32,480 bases of DNA from a virus. A program made the translations under genes and the position numbers. The DNA lies in IMG/VR virus record IMGVR_UViG_3300043571_000417, positions 1-32,480 of that record; one strand, 5' to 3'. Positions 16,708-24,442 of the stretch are shown here, one piece after another. Under the pieces are notes generated by a model that saw only the letters and a program-made list of their open reading frames with translations, was not told the origin of the DNA and did not search any database. Position 1 is the stretch's first letter. Each line of letters begins with the position of its first letter.

Positions 16708-16844
16708 TAACGATAAACCATAGATTTATTATCCAATGGATGATTTTTGGAATTTTTATTTACCTAACAATTCCCCCGTTAGTCGCAATCCATAACAACA
16801 TTGTTTGTAACCGATATTATGAACAATTCAAAACGAACAGATAA
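16704..16844 (+). CDS. Small single-TM protein (46 aa, GTG start)
   Basis: Hand translation: (M)ITINHRFIIQWMIFGIFIYLTIPPLVAIHNNIVCNRYYEQFKTNR. Confidence 0.45.
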   Translation: MITINHRFIIQWMIFGIFIYLTIPPLVAIHNNIVCNRYYEQFKTNR

Positions 16845-16859
16845 ACAACAAAGGAAAAT

Positions 16860-17012
16860 ATGGAAAAAAACAAACAGAATTTAATTTGGGGTGGTATTGC
16901 GTTAGCTGCCTTGGCTTTTTTCCTCTATTCAGGAAAACTAAGTTTACCAAACCAACGCCAAACACAATCACCACAAAATCAAACACCGGGTTCGATAATT
17001 TTAGACTGGTAA
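16860..17012 (+). CDS. Small single-TM protein (50 aa) with shared C-terminal tail
   Basis: Hand translation: MEKNKQNLIWGGIALAALAFFLYSGKLSLPNQRQTQSPQNQTPGSIILDW; preceded by AAGGA. Confidence 0.6.
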   Translation: MEKNKQNLIWGGIALAALAFFLYSGKLSLPNQRQTQSPQNQTPGSIILDW

Positions 17013-17016
17013 ATCC

Positions 17017-17565
17017 ATGTTGAAAGATTTTAAGTGTGCAGCTACCTATCTGGGAATAATGTGGGCTTTAGAGATGTTTTTCCCCGGATTTGATTATTTT
17101 GGAATCAGACCAGGAGTGGAAGGTATAGGAATGTTGGGAATTATAACCTCGCCATTCCTACACGGAGATCCCCAGCACTTGATAGGGAACACAGTCGGAT
17201 ATTTACCCCTCGCAACCCTAACAATTTTCAAAGCCCCTGGAAAATTTAATTACAACTTTTGGCTGATTTCAATAATTGAAGGCTTTGGTGTTTGGTTCTT
17301 TGGTCAACCTGGTTCAAATCATATAGGAGCAAGCGGGGTGATATATGGATTTTTTGGATTTTGCCTTTTGTCAGCTATATTCCGGTTGGATTTCCCTAAT
17401 TTGGTATGTGCAACAATCACTTGGGTAATATTTCAAGGTTTAATCGGCGGAATGCTGCCATCGGTTGCGCAAGGGATTAGTTGGGAAGGTCATCTGGCAG
17501 GGTTTATTGGTGGTGCGATAGCGGGGTATTTAGATGCAAACAGTCAGAAATTGGAGACAAACTAA
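17017..17565 (+). CDS. Rhomboid-family intramembrane serine protease
   Basis: HLIGNTVGYLPL, GASGVIYGF (GxSG, Ser106), GHLAGFIGGAIAGY (His159); multiple TM segments. Confidence 0.93.
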   Translation: MLKDFKCAATYLGIMWALEMFFPGFDYFGIRPGVEGIGMLGIITSPFLHGDPQHLIGNTVGYLPLATLTIFKAPGKFNYNFWLISIIEGFGVWFFGQPGSNHIGASGVIYGFFGFCLLSAIFRLDFPNLVCATITWVIFQGLIGGMLPSVAQGISWEGHLAGFIGGAIAGYLDANSQKLETN

Positions 17566-17832
17566 ATGTATTTACAACAATCTGAAACCCAGACCTCCCC
17601 CCAAATAACAGGGTTTCACGTTTTCAATTGGTCAATGGCTCTGTTGAGTTTATTGTTAGTTGGTTTGATAACTTCTGAAGTTGTCAGGTTAATCAATAAA
17701 CCAACAGAGGAGTTTCAAAAGTTTGTAGCGGTAGCCAACCTTTCAGGATATGAAAAATGTCTAAAAGCTAAAGGTGGTGAAGGTTGTAAAAAACAATTAC
17801 TTAATGAGTGGAGTAAAATCAATGGCAACTAA
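17566..17832 (+). CDS. Small single-TM protein (88 aa)
   Basis: TM FNWSMALLSLLLVGLITSEVV; starts directly after the rhomboid stop. Confidence 0.65.
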   Translation: MYLQQSETQTSPQITGFHVFNWSMALLSLLLVGLITSEVVRLINKPTEEFQKFVAVANLSGYEKCLKAKGGEGCKKQLLNEWSKINGN

Positions 17833-18337
17833 ACTAGACGGGTTACGCAGTCGATTTTCAACCGGAAACATTATCAAAGAAGCTGGCACGGGTGCTAATT
17901 TCTCTAAAGTGATGACCCCTACCGGAAAAGGTGATATCACCCCCTATACCCGTGAACGCAGCTATGCAGGAACCGATGATTTTGACCAACAATTCAACAT
18001 TCCCGACCGAGTCAACCCCTCCGAGAATGAGGCTAAGGGAGCTAAGATTATCGCCGAGAATGCGATTAAAGCAGCATCCAATAAAAAGATAATTGTTGAA
18101 GCTCAATTGAAGGTTGATAAAGCACGGACTGAATGGTACGAAGCTGACCAACAATATGTTAAAGGTGTGGCTGAAGGTTCACTACATCGCTTTGAGGAGA
18201 AGATTCAAACCCAAAAAATGTTGGATGGTCAAGCTCCTAAATATATGCAAATTGTTGGTAATTATGCTAACGAGAATGTAGGTGCTGTTAATGTGATGAA
18301 GCAGTTGGACAAAATTGAAAACTCAATGAAACTGTAA
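17822..18337 (+). CDS. Hypothetical soluble protein (171 aa)
   Basis: ORF track 17774-18337; ATG at 17822 (MATKLDGLRSRF) is the likelier start. Confidence 0.7.
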   Translation: MATKLDGLRSRFSTGNIIKEAGTGANFSKVMTPTGKGDITPYTRERSYAGTDDFDQQFNIPDRVNPSENEAKGAKIIAENAIKAASNKKIIVEAQLKVDKARTEWYEADQQYVKGVAEGSLHRFEEKIQTQKMLDGQAPKYMQIVGNYANENVGAVNVMKQLDKIENSMKL

Positions 18338-18345
18338 ATTTATCT

Positions 18346-18363
18346 GGGGGTGAAACATCCCCC
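18346..18363. repeat. GGGGG-TGAAACAT-CCCCC hairpin, copy 3 (variant)
   Basis: Same design and position (just after stop codon) as copies at 10497 and 10813. Confidence 0.75.
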
Positions 18364-18372
18364 AATCAGAAC

Positions 18373-18723
18373 ATGAAACTATGGAAAGTCAAAAAGTTTT
18401 CAATCTTTGGAACGGGTTTATCTTGTTCCTTTTTACTGTCTCATTTCGCACTAACTTATCCAGAGGTTAGAGTATTATCAATTTGTCTTTATCTGGGTTC
18501 AATTGTTGGTGGCGTGGCAGTTTATTTGTTATCAGAGAATCAACAATCAACCGATTCTGATGAGTTGATATTCGGTGCAATATCTTTATTGATTGGTATA
18601 TTTTACGCTTTAGGAATAGGACAATCTTGGATAGTCTTAAGATTATTATTGTGGATTTTATTATTAACAATAACGGTTTCATGTTGGATATTTTTCTCTC
18701 TACCTCAAGGAAACAATGAATAA
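18373..18723 (+). CDS. Polytopic membrane protein (116 aa)
   Basis: Several hydrophobic stretches (LSICLYLGSIVGGVAVYLL; LIFGAISLLIGIFYALGI; IVLRLLLWILLLTITVSCWIFF). Confidence 0.7.
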   Translation: MKLWKVKKFSIFGTGLSCSFLLSHFALTYPEVRVLSICLYLGSIVGGVAVYLLSENQQSTDSDELIFGAISLLIGIFYALGIGQSWIVLRLLLWILLLTITVSCWIFFSLPQGNNE

Positions 18724-20653
18724 CACCCCTGAACATTTAAAAAATCCTCACCTGTCAACATGGTCAATAGGTCTAACCATTGCTGGCTGTAGTCTGGCAA
18801 TCCTCTCACCTTTGGTAATCAACAAAAACCCACAATTAGGGATAGTTGGAACATCCGCGGGCGCGGTGTTATCTGTTGCGGGTTGGGTGATGGGGTGTCA
18901 GGCAGAAAAATCATCTAAGTTGCAAGCCAAATTAGAGGAACAAACCGAGGCTATATTTTTGCGACGTTTAGGTATGGAATATGAATTAGAAAAAATTAGA
19001 GATATTAAATATTTAGACGAAAGCCAACAGGCGATCGCGCCAATCAAAAACCATAATCAAATATTGCCACCATCACCACCATCACCACAAAACCAACCAG
19101 AAGATAATGAAAGGAATCTTCGCCGGAATCAATTAATGGTTTTAGACCGAGAGATTTCTACAGAATATAATCAAGATAATTATAATATTCCTTCAGATGG
19201 ATTGTCGTTCGTCCCATGTGAAATTCCCTCTGATAATACCTTAAACTTTTATAATTGGGATAAATTAGCAGATGAATCTTCGGGAATATTGATCGGGGGA
19301 AATTCTGGGAGCGCAAAAACATCTCTAGGCGCTGGTTTCGTGATTGGCAAATTGACTCAACATAAACCCGCCGAAGTGATTGTTTTAGATATTCATGCCT
19401 CTAAAAATCCTATTTGGGAACAGATGGGATTTCCCAGAATTGAATCAGATGTTGAAACAATTTATCAGATTTTGTGCTGGTTGATTGAAGAGGTTGAAAA
19501 CCGGAAAGAAAAAGACGGGCATTCTATAATAATTTGTTTAGATGAGATTAACGACACGATGTCCGAGTTAGCACAATTAGATATTGTCAAACCATTACAA
19601 AGCAAAGAAAAAAGAGTTAAGACCTTTACTTATGCGATTCGGAAACTTTCTAACGCCAGGAAATTTGATATTTGTTTAATCGGTTTTATGCAATCTCATA
19701 ATACTGAAGCCATAGGGATTGATGGTAAGTTTAGAAATAATTTCCTTTTAATCCTCTGTGGCGCTAGTGCTAGGAATGAAATTCAAAATCTATGGAAGCA
19801 CGACACCCCTGAATTCCAATATATCCAAAATGCTCCCTATCCTGTTGTTGTTTGTGGATCAAATCAACATCAAATCGCCGAACATCCAACCCACAAACAT
19901 CATGTTGAGTATAGGAAAAAAGGCAATGCCCCCGAAGGTTTATTGAATCCTAATTTTTTAAACAAACCCATAGACGTTAAGACGGTTTCACTCCCTAAGA
20001 TTGAAAAAGATGTTCCTAGTGTACTGCAATCAATAAACCCATTAGATTGCAACACATGGCAATCTATTGATTATCCCAGTGGTTTACAGTGGCTACCACA
20101 ACACGAAGCAGGGGTATATTGTGTATTTGTTGACGGCTATCAAAATCCCCTCTATATAGGTCAATCTAAAGACCTTTGGAGACGTTGGAATAATCGAGGT
20201 GATTGGGAACATCATGTCAAAAAACATCTTGAATCAATCGGTGATTTATCGGCAAAAATAGCTTTTTACATCACAAAAAATTGGGATGAACAAAAGCGAT
20301 TAAGTCTTGAATCTGAATTACAAGCCAAATATAAGCCTTCGTGGAATGGTACAGCCAATAAACTATTGCCGGATAAAACACTTTCAGAATCGGCTCAAGC
20401 TGTATTGGAATTTATCAAAGAGATTTTTACGGGTACACCAATACCTGCTCGTGACTGTTATCGCAAATCATCACTCAGAACTCAGTTTGGTTTAAATGCT
20501 GAAAATACTGAGTTAATATTTGATGAACTCCAGAATTTCGGATTTGGGGAAAAACTTATTAAAGAGATCAATGGATTTAGAAGTGTTAATTTTTTACTGA
20601 AAAAGGAGGATAATGATTTAGATGCTGTTAATGGTGGTAATCCGAGTTGGTAA
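18716..20653 (+). CDS. Membrane-anchored P-loop ATPase (FtsK/HerA-like) fused to a GIY-YIG domain and C-terminal winged-helix-like region
   Basis: Two N-terminal TM segments; Walker A GGNSGSAKTS (about 19295-19321), Walker B IIICLDE (about 19523-19546); GVYCVFVDGYQNPLYIGQSKDLWRRW...LESELQAKYKPSWN (about 20108-20350). Confidence 0.85.
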   Translation: MNNTPEHLKNPHLSTWSIGLTIAGCSLAILSPLVINKNPQLGIVGTSAGAVLSVAGWVMGCQAEKSSKLQAKLEEQTEAIFLRRLGMEYELEKIRDIKYLDESQQAIAPIKNHNQILPPSPPSPQNQPEDNERNLRRNQLMVLDREISTEYNQDNYNIPSDGLSFVPCEIPSDNTLNFYNWDKLADESSGILIGGNSGSAKTSLGAGFVIGKLTQHKPAEVIVLDIHASKNPIWEQMGFPRIESDVETIYQILCWLIEEVENRKEKDGHSIIICLDEINDTMSELAQLDIVKPLQSKEKRVKTFTYAIRKLSNARKFDICLIGFMQSHNTEAIGIDGKFRNNFLLILCGASARNEIQNLWKHDTPEFQYIQNAPYPVVVCGSNQHQIAEHPTHKHHVEYRKKGNAPEGLLNPNFLNKPIDVKTVSLPKIEKDVPSVLQSINPLDCNTWQSIDYPSGLQWLPQHEAGVYCVFVDGYQNPLYIGQSKDLWRRWNNRGDWEHHVKKHLESIGDLSAKIAFYITKNWDEQKRLSLESELQAKYKPSWNGTANKLLPDKTLSESAQAVLEFIKEIFTGTPIPARDCYRKSSLRTQFGLNAENTELIFDELQNFGFGEKLIKEINGFRSVNFLLKKEDNDLDAVNGGNPSW

Positions 20654-20695
20654 TTTTGGATTGTAAATATTAGCAAACAACACAAACACAAATAT

Positions 20696-21256
20696 ATGAA
20701 CACAGAAGATTCCAATATTAACTACGTCTATCTGTTACACGCTGAGGGTAGTGATCGATTCAAGATTGGACACTCCAACAATCCAGAGGGTAGATGTCAA
20801 AAAATTCGTCAACAATCCCCGTTCCCTATTTCGTTGGTATGTTCTTACATAGTGATCAATGCTCATGAATGTGAGCAGAAACTACACAAAATGTTTTCCC
20901 ATAGACGAATACATGGAGAATGGTTTGTATTTGAATCTAGGGATCACGCACGCGGCTTGATTGATGAGTTTTTCTCAGTTGGATTGCACGCAAGGCTACA
21001 AAACAAGGAAGTAAAAAAATCTCGGAAGGTAGATTTGAAATTGGCGCAAGATGTTTGTTCACTCATTAAAAAATCCGAGCTTCCAGTTATTACTCTTTAC
21101 GAATGTTTTTTACACCCGTCACTTATTGCATACAATCTAACACTGAGAATGGTTGAAGATGTTTTTGATTACCTTCAAGAGCTTGAGATTGGGAAAAAAT
21201 ATATAGAAGACGACAACGCCCAAACCATTACTTTTTATTTAAGAAAAACCCCATGA
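20696..21256 (+). CDS. GIY-YIG superfamily protein, T5orf172/MUG113-like
   Basis: VYLLHAEGSDRFKIGHSNNPEGRCQKIRQQSPFPISLVCSY ... CEQKLHKMFSHRRIHGEWF. Confidence 0.85.
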   Translation: MNTEDSNINYVYLLHAEGSDRFKIGHSNNPEGRCQKIRQQSPFPISLVCSYIVINAHECEQKLHKMFSHRRIHGEWFVFESRDHARGLIDEFFSVGLHARLQNKEVKKSRKVDLKLAQDVCSLIKKSELPVITLYECFLHPSLIAYNLTLRMVEDVFDYLQELEIGKKYIEDDNAQTITFYLRKTP

Positions 21257-21399
21257 ATTATCCCGAAGTTGTTGAATCAGTCTACAGTCAAATCCTGTCC
21301 ATCCCAGAACCCAATCCCATCCCCAAAAACAAAGACTGGATTCTAATGGTCTTGTATCACAGAACGGTAAACCCTTATGCTAAATACCCATCCGATTAA
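21253..21399 (+). CDS. Small hypothetical protein (48 aa)
   Basis: Hand translation: MNYPEVVESVYSQILSIPEPNPIPKNKDWILMVLYHRTVNPYAKYPSD; 4-bp overlap with preceding ORF. Confidence 0.45.
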   Translation: MNYPEVVESVYSQILSIPEPNPIPKNKDWILMVLYHRTVNPYAKYPSD

Positions 21400-21441
21400 C
21401 TCAGGAATGAAGAAAACTACCTATAACGAACAGGAGTCTTA

Positions 21442-21714
21442 ATGGCAAAAGCAAAATTAAAATCAGAATATCCAGAGATCGCGGAATTAGTTGTTGAGAC
21501 AGCAAAAAAGCGCGGGGGGAATCAACAATTAACTGATATTAACTGGGTAACAAAAACCCTGTTCAAATATCAGAATGGTGTGACTCCTTTGACTGATACA
21601 GACTCGGATTGTGTTAGGATTGGAGAGGGACTAAGACCTCGTTACGAGTGGCAAGTAACGCGAGATCATATAGCTTTTGCAAATGCCAATAGTGCTAAGA
21701 AAGGATGGAAATGA
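21442..21714 (+). CDS. Hypothetical protein (90 aa)
   Basis: Intact ORF, GAGTCTTA..ATG context in operon. Confidence 0.65.
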   Translation: MAKAKLKSEYPEIAELVVETAKKRGGNQQLTDINWVTKTLFKYQNGVTPLTDTDSDCVRIGEGLRPRYEWQVTRDHIAFANANSAKKGWK

Positions 21715-22286
21715 AATACAAAGGAATTGATTTTGAATCAGAAATATGTGCTAGATGGGCTATATTTTTTGATTTGCTTAACTGGGAATGGCTGTATCAA
21801 CCCCGTACATTTGAGGGTTGGCTTCCAGATTTTGTTTTAATAGGGAATGGTGTAAAAGTTTTTGTTGCTGTAGTATCGAGAGATTTTTTTATCTCTGAAG
21901 CCACAAAAACAATAGATAGGGTAAGTTTTTCTACAAATGAACGTATAGAGTTCTTAATACTTGGATCACAACCTTTTCTCAACAAGGACGTAATTAATTT
22001 AGGATTATTGAAGGATGGGTACGATGACTCTTGTAGTAGTTGGGTTCCTACATCTCTTGGCAAATGGTTTGGGTCTGAGGGTGCGTGCAAAAATGAAAAG
22101 AATTTATATGGATTCTGTCATTCAGAAAATTATTTTAGTGACAGGATAACGGGTTGCTACGATGGCGGGACTATACAGGGGGATTTGTGGTATTTTCCCA
22201 GTGAAGAATACCACTTAAACAATTTAATAACCCTTTGGTCTGAGACGGGGAAAGTTATGAGTCAAATCAAGACAGGATGGAGATGA
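21705..22286 (+). CDS. Degenerate PD-(D/E)XK-like protein
   Basis: FESEICARWAIFFDLLNWEWLYQPRTFEGWLPDFVLIG...KVFVAVV matches the framework E...YEP...LPDF...EVK, but the ExK strand reads VFVAVVSR. Confidence 0.6.
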   Translation: MEMKYKGIDFESEICARWAIFFDLLNWEWLYQPRTFEGWLPDFVLIGNGVKVFVAVVSRDFFISEATKTIDRVSFSTNERIEFLILGSQPFLNKDVINLGLLKDGYDDSCSSWVPTSLGKWFGSEGACKNEKNLYGFCHSENYFSDRITGCYDGGTIQGDLWYFPSEEYHLNNLITLWSETGKVMSQIKTGWR

Positions 22287-22618
22287 CAACCAAGGAACAA
22301 CTAGAATATATCTGGTTAGTTGATAGTTTGGTATTTTCCGAGACAGGAAAACATCTTGATAGCTTGACTAGAAAGATTATCGAGGGAATATTAAACGATA
22401 ATACTTATCCTGAGATTGCCAAAAATCTAAATTATGGGTCTGCTTATATTGGCGATAAAATGAGAATAATATTTAAAATTCTAAGCAGAAGACTTGGTGA
22501 AAAAATTGATAAGTACAACTTCTGTTGGGCAATTGAAAGAATTTTAATATTTGACTATAGCCCATCTGTTATCAACTATTTACAACAACAACGGATAAAT
22601 GATCAACGTTTATCGTAA
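22277..22618 (+). CDS. LuxR/sigma-r4-like HTH protein (cyanobacterial HTH_vMAP-like)
   Basis: LTRKIIEGILNDNTYPEIAKNLNYGSAYIGDKMRIIFKILSRRLGEKIDKYNF. Confidence 0.6.
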   Translation: MEMTTKEQLEYIWLVDSLVFSETGKHLDSLTRKIIEGILNDNTYPEIAKNLNYGSAYIGDKMRIIFKILSRRLGEKIDKYNFCWAIERILIFDYSPSVINYLQQQRINDQRLS

Positions 22619-22892
22619 TACATCATCTTTTTGGGCTACATTTGCCTATTCATCGGGTGAGTTTAACGCCTTCTACCTCACAGCATCCGAAGCTATTGAA
22701 CATTGCAACAACCCCGATAATAGATCGGAATTTGATGGTGAGTGGTTTCAAGATCGGATAATGAAATTCATACCCCGAAGTTGTGTTCGAGTTGGGGATA
22801 TGGTTTATTCGTCGGGAGCAAGCGACAAAATGTGTGATTTTGCAAACATCCCTTGCGGATGGGAATTAATACAATCTCAGAATATTTCTTAA
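22599..22892 (+). CDS. Hypothetical protein (97 aa)
   Basis: Intact ORF in operon. Confidence 0.6.
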   Translation: MINVYRNTSSFWATFAYSSGEFNAFYLTASEAIEHCNNPDNRSEFDGEWFQDRIMKFIPRSCVRVGDMVYSSGASDKMCDFANIPCGWELIQSQNIS

Positions 22893-23387
22893 ATGACCAA
22901 CACTTTTATCGGAATTGATCCAGGGATAACCGGAGCGATCGCATCCATCTCTTTAGACGGCACGATTAAGTTTATTGATTGCCCAACGACTACAACAACC
23001 TCCAAAGCAGCAGGAAAATCCAAGTCTAAAACCAAGCTAAACCCTACATTAATGGCGACTGAGTTGAGTCAACTGGTTAACCCTAACTCAATAATCATTA
23101 TCGAAAATATACACGCCATGCCGGGTCAAGGGGTAACATCGATGTTTAACTTTGGAATGGGTTACGGCATCTGGCTAGGAATCATTGCCGCGTTAAATAT
23201 TCCAGTAGAACTTGTCACACCGCAAGCGTGGAAAAAATACTTCGGATTGATTGGCACAAATAAGGACGCATCCAGAGAGAAGGCTCTCCAATTGTTCCCT
23301 AGTCAGTCTCAAGAACTGAAGCTAAAGAAGCATCACGGGCGGGCGGATGCTTTGTTATTAGCTGAATACTTGAGACGTAGGTTATAG
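22893..23387 (+). CDS. RuvC-like Holliday junction resolvase / RNase H-fold nuclease
   Basis: FIGIDPGITGAIA, SIIIIENIHAMPGQGVTSMFNFGMGYG, VTPQAWKKYFG, KKHHGRADALLLAEYL. Confidence 0.9.
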   Translation: MTNTFIGIDPGITGAIASISLDGTIKFIDCPTTTTTSKAAGKSKSKTKLNPTLMATELSQLVNPNSIIIIENIHAMPGQGVTSMFNFGMGYGIWLGIIAALNIPVELVTPQAWKKYFGLIGTNKDASREKALQLFPSQSQELKLKKHHGRADALLLAEYLRRRL

Positions 23388-23408
23388 GGTTTCTAATCTT
23401 TAACCAAT

Positions 23409-23442
23409 AAAAAGCACCGCTATTAATTTAGAGGTGCTTTTT
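23409..23442. terminator. Bidirectional rho-independent terminator
   Basis: AAAAAGCACC ... GGTGCTTTTT between convergent ORFs 23387(+) and 23477(-). Confidence 0.9.
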
Positions 23443-23476
23443 AGAGCGTCAATCCATGTTTACCATTTAATTGTAA

Positions 23477-24028
23477 TTACCATTTAGAAGTCTGACAAAC
23501 AGTTCCCCAACCCTCAAAAATTTCCTCAAATCTTTGAGGTTGCAATCCAAAATAAAATAGAGTTTGGGAGAATCGGTTTTGGTTTTGTTTCTTCCCTTCC
23601 ACTGCCCGTTTTGGGGAATAAAAAGTTAACCGAGTTGACGGCAGGCAGAAGCGATCGCACCGATTCAAAGCCTTCTTGTACCAAACTGTACTGTTGTCGG
23701 TGTTGGTTAACAAGAAGGCTTCCGCTTCAGTCTCGTTCAATGTTGCAATTAATTTATCAACAACCTTCTCAATAAATCCCGCGCTGTAGGGAGGGTTCAA
23801 CCAGAGTGTTTTAGCCCGTCTCCAGTTCTGTTTGAATCCATCATCTTGAATTGTAAATATCTTTTGAGCTCTAATAATTTGATTGGCTTGTTCACAGCTA
23901 AAAGGGTCTAATTCAGGAAATCCATAAAACTTATGGACTAAATCAATCAAATCAGATGGGGTATAATTTTCGTTTGAATCAATTAATGATGGTTGTGTTT
24001 CAAACAGACAAAGTTGTTGTATAATCAT
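23477..24028 (-). CDS. Phage-type DNA N-6-adenine methyltransferase
   Basis: LDPFSCEQANQIIRA, catalytic LWLNPPYSAGFI, RFCLPSTRLTFYSP; N-terminus MIIQQLCLF. Confidence 0.9.
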   Translation of the reverse strand: MIIQQLCLFETQPSLIDSNENYTPSDLIDLVHKFYGFPELDPFSCEQANQIIRAQKIFTIQDDGFKQNWRRAKTLWLNPPYSAGFIEKVVDKLIATLNETEAEAFLLTNTDNSTVWYKKALNRCDRFCLPSTRLTFYSPKRAVEGKKQNQNRFSQTLFYFGLQPQRFEEIFEGWGTVCQTSKW

Positions 24029-24147
24029 TGTTGTTTCTCCTTTTGCGTGTTGTTGTTTAAAAGTATCTGATGCTCTACAAACTCAGGTACTTTTTTTTAT
24101 AATAAAATATTTTGTGTTAAAATAGTATTAACTTAAAATTATTAATT

Positions 24148-24423
24148 ATGGAATCAGAAAATAAGAAAAAGAAATATGGATTTGCTGCTATGAGTCCAGA
24201 AAAACGTCGAGAGATTTCTAGTAAAGGCGGGAAGGCATCTCGTGACAACGGAACGCTGTATAAGTTCACTTCTGAAGATTGCAGCGAAGGCGGAACAAAA
24301 ACATCTCAGAACAAAGACCATATAACTGAAATAGGTCAGAAAGGAGGGAAGGCATCTCGTGACAACGGGACGCTATATAAGTTCACTTCTGAAGATTGCA
24401 GGAAAGCGTGGAAAAGAAATTAG
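24148..24423 (+). CDS. KGG-motif small repeat protein (stress-induced/Em-like family)
   Basis: SPEKRREISSKGGKASRDNGTLYKFTSEDC... with two copies of KGGKASRDNGTLYKFTSEDC. Confidence 0.8.
   Translation: MESENKKKKYGFAAMSPEKRREISSKGGKASRDNGTLYKFTSEDCSEGGTKTSQNKDHITEIGQKGGKASRDNGTLYKFTSEDCRKAWKRN
24223..24401 (+). repeat. Two 62-bp near-identical repeats, 117 bp apart, inside the KGG ORF
   Basis: 24223-24284 and 24340-24401 differ at only a few positions. Confidence 0.9.
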
Positions 24424-24442
24424 GGGAGTGTGATCAATTTTG

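Noticed and set aside
18716-20653. Calling the ATPase a conjugative coupling protein (TraD/VirD4) or VirB4
   Set aside because: No relaxase or type IV secretion genes nearby, and the motif evidence supports only a generic FtsK/HerA-like P-loop ATPase with two TM helices.
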